DNA from: an uncultured bacterium
Lineage (GTDB): Bacteria; Patescibacteriota; Minisyncoccia; Phycocordibacterales; Phycocordibacteraceae
NCBI GenBank assembly: GCA_947085985.1
Contig: CAMTYL010000003.1
Location: forward strand, 15,826 to 79,825
Direction of reading: 5' to 3'
Length of the DNA stretch: 64,000 bases
In this document: in pieces, positions 52,179-61,516 of the stretch
Layout of the letters: each line of letters begins with the position of its first letter
Position numbering within the stretch: position 1 is the first letter of the stretch
Notes under the pieces: model-generated
Databases searched by the model: none
What the model was told of the DNA's origin: nothing
What the model saw: the letters and a program-made list of their open reading frames with translations, nothing else
Program-made: the position numbers and the translations under genes

Positions 52179-55010
52179 ATGAACGACTCGGTGGCATACC
52201 TGGAGGGGTACAAGAAGCTGAACGAAGCGCAGAAGCTTGCGGTGGATACGGTGGAGGGACCGGTCCTTGTGGTGGCGGGCCCAGGCACCGGTAAGACGCA
52301 CATCCTCACGCTGCGCATCGCAAACATTCTGCGCCAGACGCAAGCAACGCCCACCAACATCTTGGTGCTTACCTTTACTGAGTCGGCTGCGCGTACGGTG
52401 CGTGCGCGCCTTGCAGGACTTGTGGGCGACACGGTTGCGCGTGACGTTGGCATCTACACTTTCCATGGATTTTGTGATTACGTGCTCAAGAATTGGGCAG
52501 ACTATTTCCCATCGTGGAATACGAAGCGCCTGGCCGGCGACGTTGAGGCAGCGCTGTTGTGGCGCGAAGTGATTGAACACGCGCAGGTGGTGCACCTGCG
52601 TCCACCGAAGTCTCCGTTTATGTACCTGCACGAGCTTTCGCGTCTATACGGCGACCTAACGCGTGAGCGTGTGACCCTTTCTCAGTACCTGGCGTGGGCG
52701 CGCGAGGAGGAGGACCGCATCAAGGCGGACGAGAGCAACTACTACACCCGCGATAGTAAGTACGGTAAGAAGGGAGACTTCAAACCAGATGGCACCAAGA
52801 AGTTGGAGCGTCTTGAGAAAGTGTACGAGGCTGTCGCACTGTTTGAGGCGTACGAGGAACGCAAAGACCGCGAGGGTGTGTACGACTTTAACGACGTGCT
52901 GCGTGGTGTCGTGGACGCACTCCAAACTGACGAAGCACTGTGTGCTGCACTGCAGGAGCAGTATCAGTATGTGCTCGCTGACGAGCATCAGGACGCCAAC
53001 GCATACCAGCACGCACTCCTCGATAGTTTCGCTTTTGACGAGCACCCGAACCTGTTTGTGGTGGGGGATGAGAAGCAGGCAATCTACCGATTCCAGGGGG
53101 CCGACTCCACCCATTTCAGTGAGTTTATGGAGAAGTACCCGCGGGCGACCCTGGTGACGCTGACCGAGAGTTTCCGGTCTCTTTCGGGCATTCTGGAAGC
53201 GGCCCACAATGCCGCTCTAGGCCATATTCCAGCCTCCCACGGGGCGCACAAGCCACTCTCGGCTACCAGAGCGGGCGACGCGAAAATCGCCCTTCTGGCA
53301 GCCCCTGACCCGCTCGCTGAGCGCGACCAGGTATCAGGGCTGGTAGAGCAGCTGCTTGCTGACGGGGTCGCTCCGCACGAGATTGCGGTGATAGCCGCGC
53401 GCAACAGCACCGTCTCGCTGTTTGCTACACACCTGGCTGGCCGTGGGATTGCCACCCTTCGCGCGGGCAATATTTCTCTGTCTTCGCGCCCGCTTATTCG
53501 TTCGCTGTTGTCGCTCATGCGCGCAAGCGCTAATCCGCTTGATACGGCCGCACTGCGTGAAGCAGTGCTCGCACCGTGGTGGGAAGCTGGTCTTTCCGAG
53601 CGCTCTGCATTCTTGCTTCGCACGCGCGACAAGGATTTACAAAGCGCACTCTTGGAACAGTTCCCAAAGATTGGCGAGGTGGTGAAAGATCTGCAAGGCT
53701 ATGCGCAGACTGAAGGCCCGCTCCCAGTATTTTCTCGACTCTTGGTATCCTCGGGAGCACGCGCATTTCTACTTTCGCATGCAAACCATCTTGAAGATGT
53801 AGCGCTCGTGCGCAGACTCTATGAATACTTGGAAGAAATTGTTGCACGCGACCAGAACATCTCGTTCGCTGATGCCGTACTTGCGTTGACCCGTGCACGC
53901 GAGCACGGGCTTGAATGGGTGAAGTCGTCTGCGACAACTAAGGAAGGATGTGTGACGGTCATCACTGCACACAAAGCAAAGGGTATGGAGTTTGAGCACG
54001 TGTTCATTGTGGGACTTACTGAGAATGAATGGGAGAAGGGAAAGATGCCCGCAAAAATTCCATCGCCCGTAGACATGAGCAAGAATGTGGAAGACGCTGC
54101 AAAACAATTCTATGTAGCGCTCACGCGCGCAAAGAATGCAGTGGTACTCTCCTACGCAGCAGAGACGCTTGAGGGTCGCGAGCGAAAGCCGTCGGTGTTT
54201 ATCCCCGCAGGACTTTCAGTTTTGGCTCCTGCTTTTGACCCGCTCCCCGTCCTTCACACGGATGTGCAGGCGCCGGAGCTTATCGTGCGACTCACCCGCG
54301 AGTACCTTTCTGGCGAAGGGCTCTCACCATCAGCACTTGCTGATTATCTAGAATCTCCGGCTACATTTTTTGCTAGGCGCGTGCTCCACCTCAAAGAACC
54401 AGAGCAGGCGCGCATGCTCATCGGTACTGCAGTGCACGCAGGTATCGCAGCGCTGATGGCAGAGAATGGAACGGAGGACGCCGCCTACGCAGCACTTGCA
54501 GCAACCATGCACCGCTCGCTCATGCCGCGCACCAGCGCGTTTGACCAAGCGGGGGAGGACGCTCGCGCGCGTCTCGCCTCCTATATAGAAGTGCGTTCGC
54601 AATTTGGCACGGCAACTGCTATTGAAAAGACGTACCGCGCCGTGCGTACGGTATCTGGCGAGGAGGTGCACCTTTCCGGAAAGTTAGACGCGGTGCTTGA
54701 ACGCGATGGACGCAAGACCATCGTGGACTTCAAGACATCGTCAACCGTGAAAGAAGAGGACCCAAAGTTTGCGCTACAGCTTGCGTTCTATGACTATCTC
54801 CTGCGCGAGAACAGTGAGACGCCGCACGGCGTATCTATCATCCAGGTACGTGTGGACGGTGTGGACGAAGTACCTATCTTGCTCTCGCCAGAAGTGCACA
54901 CCCAATTTGAGGCAGACCTAGACGCAGCACTCGCAGAGATGCTCTCCGGGCAATGGCGCCCCGCCAAAGAAGCGAGTGAGTACGACGATCTATTGGCGCT
55001 CTTTGCATAG
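52179..55010 (+). CDS. UvrD/PcrA-family SF1 helicase fused to a C-terminal RecB/Cas4-like PD-(D/E)xK nuclease (AddA-like)
   Basis: Walker A AGPGTGKTH and helicase motifs. C-terminal GKLDAV...IVDFKTS...QLAFYDY. Confidence 0.9.
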   Translation: MNDSVAYLEGYKKLNEAQKLAVDTVEGPVLVVAGPGTGKTHILTLRIANILRQTQATPTNILVLTFTESAARTVRARLAGLVGDTVARDVGIYTFHGFCDYVLKNWADYFPSWNTKRLAGDVEAALLWREVIEHAQVVHLRPPKSPFMYLHELSRLYGDLTRERVTLSQYLAWAREEEDRIKADESNYYTRDSKYGKKGDFKPDGTKKLERLEKVYEAVALFEAYEERKDREGVYDFNDVLRGVVDALQTDEALCAALQEQYQYVLADEHQDANAYQHALLDSFAFDEHPNLFVVGDEKQAIYRFQGADSTHFSEFMEKYPRATLVTLTESFRSLSGILEAAHNAALGHIPASHGAHKPLSATRAGDAKIALLAAPDPLAERDQVSGLVEQLLADGVAPHEIAVIAARNSTVSLFATHLAGRGIATLRAGNISLSSRPLIRSLLSLMRASANPLDTAALREAVLAPWWEAGLSERSAFLLRTRDKDLQSALLEQFPKIGEVVKDLQGYAQTEGPLPVFSRLLVSSGARAFLLSHANHLEDVALVRRLYEYLEEIVARDQNISFADAVLALTRAREHGLEWVKSSATTKEGCVTVITAHKAKGMEFEHVFIVGLTENEWEKGKMPAKIPSPVDMSKNVEDAAKQFYVALTRAKNAVVLSYAAETLEGRERKPSVFIPAGLSVLAPAFDPLPVLHTDVQAPELIVRLTREYLSGEGLSPSALADYLESPATFFARRVLHLKEPEQARMLIGTAVHAGIAALMAENGTEDAAYAALAATMHRSLMPRTSAFDQAGEDARARLASYIEVRSQFGTATAIEKTYRAVRTVSGEEVHLSGKLDAVLERDGRKTIVDFKTSSTVKEEDPKFALQLAFYDYLLRENSETPHGVSIIQVRVDGVDEVPILLSPEVHTQFEADLDAALAEMLSGQWRPAKEASEYDDLLALFA

Positions 55011-55052
55011 CAAAAAGGAAAACCCGCGTCACCGCGGGTTTTCCTTTTGCAA
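55011..55052. terminator. bidirectional terminator: aaaaaggaaaacccgcg-gtcac-cgcgggttttccttttg
   Basis: Long perfect stem with A- and T-runs. Confidence 0.7.
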
Positions 55053-55060
55053 AATAGAAA

Positions 55061-55315
55061 CTATGCTGCCTCTTTCCACTCCTGGTTGTTCTCTGCGATT
55101 GCACCTGCAACCTGATCGGGAGATTCTGCGCGAATCACCTCACCAGTCGTTGGATTCTGCATTACTACTGGCTCTACTCCTTCACGTTTCTCATTCGGGA
55201 GCCTCTTTTTAAACCATTCCATAGATATTCTGCTTACGCTGCTAATACTCTCTAATTGTACCACTGCGTGCCAGTCGTCAAGACTATGCCCCTGCGCGGC
55301 GGATGGCTTCTTCAA
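55061..55315 (-). CDS. hypothetical small protein
   Basis: ORF ends at the terminator and overlaps the upstream gene end by 32 nt. No motif recognised. Confidence 0.3.
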   Translation of the reverse strand: MKKPSAAQGHSLDDWHAVVQLESISSVSRISMEWFKKRLPNEKREGVEPVVMQNPTTGEVIRAESPDQVAGAIAENNQEWKEAA

Positions 55316-55982
55316 GCACTTTCTTCATACTGGTGTAGGGGAGCGCGCCATCAATAGTGATAGGTTCCTTCCCTTTGGTGAGCAGGATGACGTAGGGCGC
55401 TCCTGTTGCTCCTGCAAGCATCGCGTTTTGATAGTCGTCCTGAACACGCTGCTCAAAGGTGCCGCGCGATACGCACTGATTAAACACATCCGTTGGAACG
55501 TTGAGGCCTCGGGTGATGGTCTCATAGTCGCGCGGGTTGAACTGATTGCTGCCTGGCGCCTGTGCCGCTATCCCGTTGATGAAGCCCCAGAATGCCTCTG
55601 GTCCGGCGATAGAAGTGACACACTCGGATGCGGAAGCGTGCATGGCAGAGTTAGGGTGCAGCGCCACGATAGGAAGATGACGGAATACCCACGCCACTTC
55701 GCCACTGTCAGCGTACTCGGTCATAATCTGCTGCATTATGGCGTTGAACTTTTTAGTGTATTCCGAATCAATGTCACCATACTCAACTACCATGACGGTG
55801 GCCGTTGGGTTACCCATAATATGATCCAGCGGAGTTACTGGGCGAACTACAGACGGGTTGCCGGTCGCCTTTTCAACTTCTGAGTGTACGCGCACGTAAT
55901 AGAGTGCTACGGCAATGATAACTCCAGCTGCAATGATAGCGACGGGGAGTACCCATGGCGGCGTAGATTTGAGTTGATCCAT
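55284..55982 (-). CDS. DsbA-like thioredoxin-fold protein with the catalytic CxxC replaced by SEYT, N-terminal TM anchor
   Basis: VVEYGDIDSEYTKKF aligns to the DsbA VVEYSDFQCPYCKKF region. Conserved VFRHLP and GTPTF-like segments. Confidence 0.65.
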   Translation of the reverse strand: MDQLKSTPPWVLPVAIIAAGVIIAVALYYVRVHSEVEKATGNPSVVRPVTPLDHIMGNPTATVMVVEYGDIDSEYTKKFNAIMQQIMTEYADSGEVAWVFRHLPIVALHPNSAMHASASECVTSIAGPEAFWGFINGIAAQAPGSNQFNPRDYETITRGLNVPTDVFNQCVSRGTFEQRVQDDYQNAMLAGATGAPYVILLTKGKEPITIDGALPYTSMKKVLEEAIRRAGA

Positions 55983-56077
55983 ACAAAAAAATAATAGCAC
56001 GCAGAATCTGCGTGCAAGGTAAAAAGAGTGCGCGGACCCCGAGTGAACGGGGACCGCGCTGAGACGACGTTACGGGT

Positions 56078-56461
56078 CTACGCCGCTGTTTGCTGTAGAC
56101 GCAGGCCGCGTCGCTCGCGACGAAGAACCGTACCGTAGTGGTTCTCAATCCGGACCCGGGTAATCCCCGAGGCAGACACAAGAAGTGTCTGCAGGTTGTT
56201 CAGGAACTCTTCGCGCATGGCGTCGTCCTCACGCTCGCGTTGCTCCACCCACTCCTTGTTAGAGTTCTTGGGCGGAGCGAACACAATGCATACGAGGACA
56301 TTGTTGTCCCGTGCAGAGCGCTCAGTGACAGAAGCGTGGATGCGTGGAGTGCCGTCCTCCGGTGCGCCTGGCCATGTACCCTTGAATTCCTGTAGGGCTT
56401 CAAGGGTCTGTTGCCGTGCTGCCTTCGGCGCAAGCGTGTAGAAGAAAAGATCATAGCGCAT
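56078..56461 (-). CDS. hypothetical protein (127 aa)
   Basis: ORF with two hairpins downstream (55997-56015, 56018-56050). Confidence 0.4.
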   Translation of the reverse strand: MRYDLFFYTLAPKAARQQTLEALQEFKGTWPGAPEDGTPRIHASVTERSARDNNVLVCIVFAPPKNSNKEWVEQREREDDAMREEFLNNLQTLLVSASGITRVRIENHYGTVLRRERRGLRLQQTAA

Positions 56462-56538
56462 GAGCGCCTCCCATGGTTTTGGCCAGCCTCTCGCTAACCT
56501 ATGAACGTGAGCGTACGCCTAATTACAGCCTAGTGCAA

Positions 56539-57117
56539 CTACAGGGGCAGAGTGTGGGTAAACGCGCTCTTGTCTTGGTCAGTCTGCCACGCAGAGGTGT
56601 CAATTTTAATCGTCTTACTGTCCTTCAAATCCTTGTATTTTAGAGCGCCGTGTTCAAGTGCGTAGTCATAGAGTCTGCGAGTGATGCGCACGTCCTGGAT
56701 ACAGTACTCACGTACTTTGTCGTAGAGCCCTTCCTGCCACCAGCGCACTGACTGGAGTCCATCTCCCGACTTGCCAACTTTCAGCGTCCCTTCTGCAAGC
56801 GATTGGAGGCGAAGTCTTCTACCAAGTGCGTTTTGCACTTCTACCAACAAATCGAGTGAGCGCACTTTGGTAAGGTCGCCAGGGTAGTAATTATTCAAGA
56901 GGGGAATATCAAACGAGTTTGAGTTGTATCCAATCAACACGTCCGCGGTTTCAATAATGGGCCAGAGCTTCGGCAACTCCTCCTTTGAGTACGACGAGTA
57001 CTCGTCGGTCTCGCTATCGTGAATAGCGACAATAGCCAGCTCCATGCGAGAGAGGTCGTTGCGCGAGAGCGTAGGAAACGCGTTAGCGGTTTCTATATCA
57101 AACGTGATTTCACGCAT
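56539..57117 (-). CDS. DEDD-family 3'-5' exonuclease (DnaQ-like)
   Basis: Exo I FDIETAN, Exo II AIVAIHDSE and a C-terminal YxxxD region. Confidence 0.7.
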   Translation of the reverse strand: MREITFDIETANAFPTLSRNDLSRMELAIVAIHDSETDEYSSYSKEELPKLWPIIETADVLIGYNSNSFDIPLLNNYYPGDLTKVRSLDLLVEVQNALGRRLRLQSLAEGTLKVGKSGDGLQSVRWWQEGLYDKVREYCIQDVRITRRLYDYALEHGALKYKDLKDSKTIKIDTSAWQTDQDKSAFTHTLPL

Positions 57118-57120
57118 GCG

Positions 57121-58386
57121 CTAGGTTAAAAACTCTACCAAGCCTGATACCTCACACACTTCCTCGGTACTGTCTGCGAGATGCTTCACTTTCACAGAAC
57201 CAGAGCTGCGCTCCTCTTCACCAAAGGCCAGGAAGTAGGGAGTGGTTCGGCGCACCGCTTCTTTAATTTGGTCTCCAAGCGATTTGGTCCCTGCGTGCAC
57301 AATCACTGAGATGCCGGAAGCGCGCAGCGTGTCGGCAAGCTCTTCTGCCGGAGCTCTGCCGTCCTCACTCGGTACGCCAATGTAGAGGGTTGGGGCAGCG
57401 GAAGACACTGGCAGAAGATTGTGCGTATCAAGAAAATCCACGAGCGTCTCTATACCAATGGCAAAACCAACGGCAGGAATCTGCTCTCCCCCAAAGAGTG
57501 CAACAAGTCCGTCATAGCGCCCGCCTCCAAGGAGTGCGCGTGGATTCTCCTTGTTCGTGTCATAGACTTCAAAGATAAGCCCCGTGTAGTAGAGGAAACC
57601 GCGCGCAATGGTTGGGTCAAAGACCACATTGGTGATGCCGCGAGACTCCCACTGCGAAAGTAGCGCGAGCACTTTTGCATACTCAGCGTCGGTTGCTTCG
57701 TCCGTGCGAGCAAGAATTAATTCAAGTGGGTCGGTACCGTTTCTACGAAATGCCTCACGAGCTGACTCAAACTCCTCTTCGGGCATTTTGTCCTTGCGAT
57801 CAAGCAGTCCAAGGTATGCAGTAGTCTCTTCCGTACTAAGTCCAAGGGACGAGCCGGCCTGGTTTACCAGCGCGCGAGAATTAACGCGGACAATAAAGTC
57901 GCTCTCGGTAGCACCAAACGCACGGAGCACTTTTGCTGCAACTACCACCACTTCAGCTTCAGCGCGAGCGTCACCCAAACCTACAAGGTCCACGTCTGCC
58001 TGATAGAACTCGCGAGACCGGCCCTTTTGCGGACGCTCGTATCGGAAGCGATTGCCGATAGAAAACCAGCGAGCAGGGAACGGAATATCGCGCCTACGCG
58101 CCGCTATCATGCGTGCGAGCGTGGGGGTCATCTCGGGGCGCAGTGTCACTCTCCGATCTCCGCGGTCGGTGAAGGTGTAGGTCTGCTGGTTCACAATCTC
58201 TTCGGACGTTTTGCTCTCGTACAGCTCCGCTCGCTCAAGGGTGGACGCTTGATACTCCTCGTATCCATAGGTACGCAGTGTTGCGCGAATCGTATCAAAG
58301 ACGGCAGAGACCGTTGCCCAGTCTGCTGGATAATAGTCGTGTACACCCTTGTACGGCTCGGTGCTTAGGGGTTCTTTCTCGCTCAT
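57121..58386 (-). CDS. hisS: histidyl-tRNA synthetase
   Basis: Class II motifs and an anticodon-binding C-terminus. Start at ATG 58386 has TGGTACACT 9 nt upstream. The longer track ORF would overlap the next gene. Confidence 0.9.
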   Translation of the reverse strand: MSEKEPLSTEPYKGVHDYYPADWATVSAVFDTIRATLRTYGYEEYQASTLERAELYESKTSEEIVNQQTYTFTDRGDRRVTLRPEMTPTLARMIAARRRDIPFPARWFSIGNRFRYERPQKGRSREFYQADVDLVGLGDARAEAEVVVVAAKVLRAFGATESDFIVRVNSRALVNQAGSSLGLSTEETTAYLGLLDRKDKMPEEEFESAREAFRRNGTDPLELILARTDEATDAEYAKVLALLSQWESRGITNVVFDPTIARGFLYYTGLIFEVYDTNKENPRALLGGGRYDGLVALFGGEQIPAVGFAIGIETLVDFLDTHNLLPVSSAAPTLYIGVPSEDGRAPAEELADTLRASGISVIVHAGTKSLGDQIKEAVRRTTPYFLAFGEEERSSGSVKVKHLADSTEEVCEVSGLVEFLT

Positions 58387-58432
58387 ATACATAGGAGTGT
58401 ACCAGACCGGACTCAGTCCTAAAACTGAAGCG

Positions 58433-58987
58433 CTACACCTCGTGCTTTCCTCGGTGCAAAACGGCAATCTCCTTCATGATAAGGTCGCGCATGCCTTGCG
58501 GGTCGGCAACACCGTCCATGCGAAAAAGGTTGGAGGCCGTTCCTGCAGTTTCTACCTGCACACAGCCGTATCCAAAAATATCGGAGAGTATGCCGTAGGT
58601 CTCCGTAGTGACGTCTTGTACACGCATCAGTAGGAAGCTAGAAACCTTACGATTAAAAAACTGATACTGGCGAATCTTTACAATTCTGTGGTTCGTTATC
58701 ACCCATACATTCAGGAAGTAGTTGGTGAATGCATTAAAGGCACCAACCCAGAGCATGAGCCACCAGAGACCAAGAGCTATTCGCACCCACGGTGTTGCAA
58801 TGGTGAGGCCTGCCATCGTGCCAGAGAGAGCGGGGTAGAGCGATGTGCCCCACGCAAGTACAAAAGGAAACAACAGGGGTAGTAGTGCGAGGAACAGGTA
58901 CGGAAACAACATGCCCAGAAACACGAGCCAGTGCTTGCGTACTTCTTTCATGATGTGTTCACCTGGTTCTAGTTCAAATTCTTCCAT
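58433..58987 (-). CDS. membrane protein with a bacterial PH (YdbT/DUF304-like) domain
   Basis: Two N-terminal TM helices plus a PH-like C-terminus. Confidence 0.6.
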   Translation of the reverse strand: MEEFELEPGEHIMKEVRKHWLVFLGMLFPYLFLALLPLLFPFVLAWGTSLYPALSGTMAGLTIATPWVRIALGLWWLMLWVGAFNAFTNYFLNVWVITNHRIVKIRQYQFFNRKVSSFLLMRVQDVTTETYGILSDIFGYGCVQVETAGTASNLFRMDGVADPQGMRDLIMKEIAVLHRGKHEV

Positions 58988-59122
58988 AGCCTATATGCCT
59001 AACATCTTTATCTGCTGCGTTGCGGGTCCCGACTCCTCACTGCGTCGTACTGCTAGTACGCCTCCGTTCCTCGTCTTCCCGCGCCTTGCATATAAGAGAT
59101 GTGTAGACATATAGGAAGAGGA

Positions 59123-59386
59123 TTATGTAATGCCACTAACAACAAAGAGTGCCAGCACCACCGACACAAACACATGCGTAATAATAGCGGGCACTGCCAC
59201 GCTGGTGCTGTGCCCGTAGCGCAGCAGGTGATAGCTCGCCACGATAGTGTAGATGAGCCAAATGACGAAAAGTATCCACGCAATGACCGATATGGTGGCC
59301 GCTGAGTTCAGCTGGCTCAAAAGCGGACCAAATACCTCTGTGGGAGAAGATATGCCGTCAAACGGTACGTACGCCTCTTGTTCCAT
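59123..59386 (-). CDS. small 2-TM membrane protein
   Basis: Hydrophobic helices. Start overlaps the prmC stop. Confidence 0.4.
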   Translation of the reverse strand: MEQEAYVPFDGISSPTEVFGPLLSQLNSAATISVIAWILFVIWLIYTIVASYHLLRYGHSTSVAVPAIITHVFVSVVLALFVVSGIT

Positions 59387-60162
59387 TACGGAAAGTATCC
59401 CACGACGATACGCGGCCTACCATAGTGGTCATTGCGTATCTCAACCGCGCTAAACCCCCGATCACGCATGAGACTAGCTGCACCTTCGGCATTACTGTTG
59501 TCGCACTCCATCCACAACTCTCCACCCGGTAGTAGGTGGTCGGGTGCATCTGAAACGATGCGACGGACAATGCTGAGGCCATCACTTCCTGCAAAGAGTG
59601 CCTCGTGTGGCTCGTAGTGCATCACACTCGGGTCAAGCTCGCGACCCTCCGGAATGTAGGGCGGGTTGGTTGCGATGATGGTGAACCGCTCGCTTGCAAA
59701 CGGTGCAAACAAGTCCCCGCTGGCAATGGTAGCGCGCGCCTTATCCAGCTGGTTCTCGTCCACGTTCATGGCAATGAGCGCGGTGTGGACAGGTGAGAGC
59801 TCGGCAAAGGACACGTTCGCAGTTTCTATAGCCTGTAGTACAGACAGGCCGATAGCTCCCGAGCCCGCACACAAATCAAGAAGAGAGATGGGCTCTGTGT
59901 ATTTCTCACGAATGTGTGCAATGAGCGCCTCGGTCCACCACTCAGTCTCTGGCCGTGGAATGAGCGGATGCGAATCCAGACGCAGAGAAAGCCCCAAAAA
60001 GGGTATCCACCCAATCACATACGCGAGCGGCTCTCCCGAGCCAAGGCGAATCAAATCGTCACGCATGTCTGCGCTTGTGTCTCCCGCGTACTTGTCGCGA
60101 TACAGGTGTGCAATATCGGCCGGGTCAATATCCATGGGTTCACTGTACCGCGTGGGCGACAC
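59386..60162 (-). CDS. prmC: release-factor glutamine N5-methyltransferase
   Basis: IIATNPPYIP NPPY motif plus an SAM-binding DLCAGSGAIG motif. Confidence 0.85.
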   Translation of the reverse strand: MSPTRYSEPMDIDPADIAHLYRDKYAGDTSADMRDDLIRLGSGEPLAYVIGWIPFLGLSLRLDSHPLIPRPETEWWTEALIAHIREKYTEPISLLDLCAGSGAIGLSVLQAIETANVSFAELSPVHTALIAMNVDENQLDKARATIASGDLFAPFASERFTIIATNPPYIPEGRELDPSVMHYEPHEALFAGSDGLSIVRRIVSDAPDHLLPGGELWMECDNSNAEGAASLMRDRGFSAVEIRNDHYGRPRIVVGYFP

Positions 60163-60218
60163 GACATAAAGAAAACAGCCGGGAGATTGCTCTCCCGGCT
60201 GTATTTCTTGTGAGGCTC

Positions 60219-60614
60219 TTAGTAGCCTCCGCGATCGCCGCCGCCGAAGCCGCCGCCGTAACCGCCACCGCGATTACCTCCGCGATCGCCGCCGCCGAAG
60301 CCGCCGCCACGATTACCACCACCGTACCCGCCGCGAGAGCCTTCCTCGCGAGGAGGGCGCTCTCCCTGAGGGCGAGCCATAGAAACAGATAGCATGCGGC
60401 CATCAAATTCCTTTCCGTCCCAGCGGTCAATAGCAGCCTGAGCTTCTTCCTCAGACGCCATTTCCACGAAACCGAATCCGCGTGAGCGGCCAGTCATACG
60501 GTCGCTGATAATACTTACCGAAGTTACGGTACCAGCTTCTTCAAAGATAGTACGCATTTCGTCTTCGGTTGTGCGGTATGGAATACCGCCTACATAGAGC
60601 TTGCTTGTTGCCAT
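60219..60614 (-). CDS. RRM-type RNA-binding protein with a Gly/Arg/Tyr-rich (RGG/GGY) C-terminal tail
   Basis: RNP2 LYVGGI, RNP1 RGFGFVEM, then GGYGGGNRGGGFGGGDRGG repeats. Confidence 0.75.
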   Translation of the reverse strand: MATSKLYVGGIPYRTTEDEMRTIFEEAGTVTSVSIISDRMTGRSRGFGFVEMASEEEAQAAIDRWDGKEFDGRMLSVSMARPQGERPPREEGSRGGYGGGNRGGGFGGGDRGGNRGGGYGGGFGGGDRGGY

Positions 60615-60767
60615 GGGGGCTGTGAGATACTTGGATAACCTCGCCGCTCGAACACTTTGATGCGGCACATATGCCACGATAAGCTTCACCTGCCTTGCGA
60701 GTTATCTCTACTATGCTACAGAGTAGGCGTTTTCGCAACACGTGTACCTTGGTGTGGGGATAGTGTG

Positions 60768-61496
60768 CTAGCAGTCGCGCAGCTGTAGCTCGCGGATGGA
60801 GCGGTTGCGGTGAATGAGCTCGTCGTTTCTGATGGACTCAAACAACTCGTACTCGCTGCGACAGGTGCGACCATAAAACGTAAGGAAGTCTGACACAATA
60901 AGCGTGTCTTTCAATCGCGCTTCATGGAGATGCAGAAACTTTGAGTACTGGTCGTATGCATGGCTCTCAAACAGATAGTTCAACTCAAGCGCTGCTTTTC
61001 GAGAAACCATGTACAACAGCCAAATCGTCCAGAAGTAGAAAAGTGCAAACACGAGCGGTATGAGTGTGTGGCGAAAAAATCCCGTGCACTTCAGCTTCTT
61101 GGTGATCTGGGTAATGACCACCACATGCATGGTTTCATTGTCCTGGGCTTGGCGGCTAAAGCTGCTTGTTTTTGCTAGTTTGATTGCACGCTCCTCGTCT
61201 CCGTAGAAGCAGGTGAGGATAGTGTAGGCGGCTACTTCCCACGACTGGTAGGGAATGCGGGCGATGACTTCCACCGCCTTAAACTTTCCGTAGGACGGGC
61301 GATGGCCGTACACCACATTGCCTGCGGTCACCAGTATCCAGCCGAGTATTCGGGGTACCAGCATTGGCTTGTAGTTGTCGTAGGGCGCTGCGTACTCGTT
61401 TCTAATTGCGTCGTCGTTTAATGCTTTAACAAGAGATTCGTGCGCAGTGTGGCTCTCGCGCATGCCGGTGGGAAGTACGGTGTGTGAAGTCGTCAT
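60768..61496 (-). CDS. alternative oxidase / plastoquinol terminal oxidase family diiron quinol oxidase
   Basis: Four diiron helices: VEVIARIPY, NETMH, ESHAYDQY and IRNDELIHRNRS. Also a membrane-dipping segment. Confidence 0.75.
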   Translation of the reverse strand: MTTSHTVLPTGMRESHTAHESLVKALNDDAIRNEYAAPYDNYKPMLVPRILGWILVTAGNVVYGHRPSYGKFKAVEVIARIPYQSWEVAAYTILTCFYGDEERAIKLAKTSSFSRQAQDNETMHVVVITQITKKLKCTGFFRHTLIPLVFALFYFWTIWLLYMVSRKAALELNYLFESHAYDQYSKFLHLHEARLKDTLIVSDFLTFYGRTCRSEYELFESIRNDELIHRNRSIRELQLRDC

Positions 61497-61516
61497 GCAA
61501 AATATCGTAGCACGCG

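Noticed and set aside
51906-52631. 241-aa ORF from the track
   Set aside because: Only the C-terminal 77 aa (from ATG 52139) look protein-like, resembling PhnA. The upstream 160 aa overlap the uvrD-like gene start region in antisense and are Arg/His-rich junk.
60230-60330. GC-rich simple-sequence repeat (gccgccgaagccgccgcc...)
   Set aside because: Not an independent repeat element. It encodes the GGY/RGG tail of the RRM protein on the minus strand.
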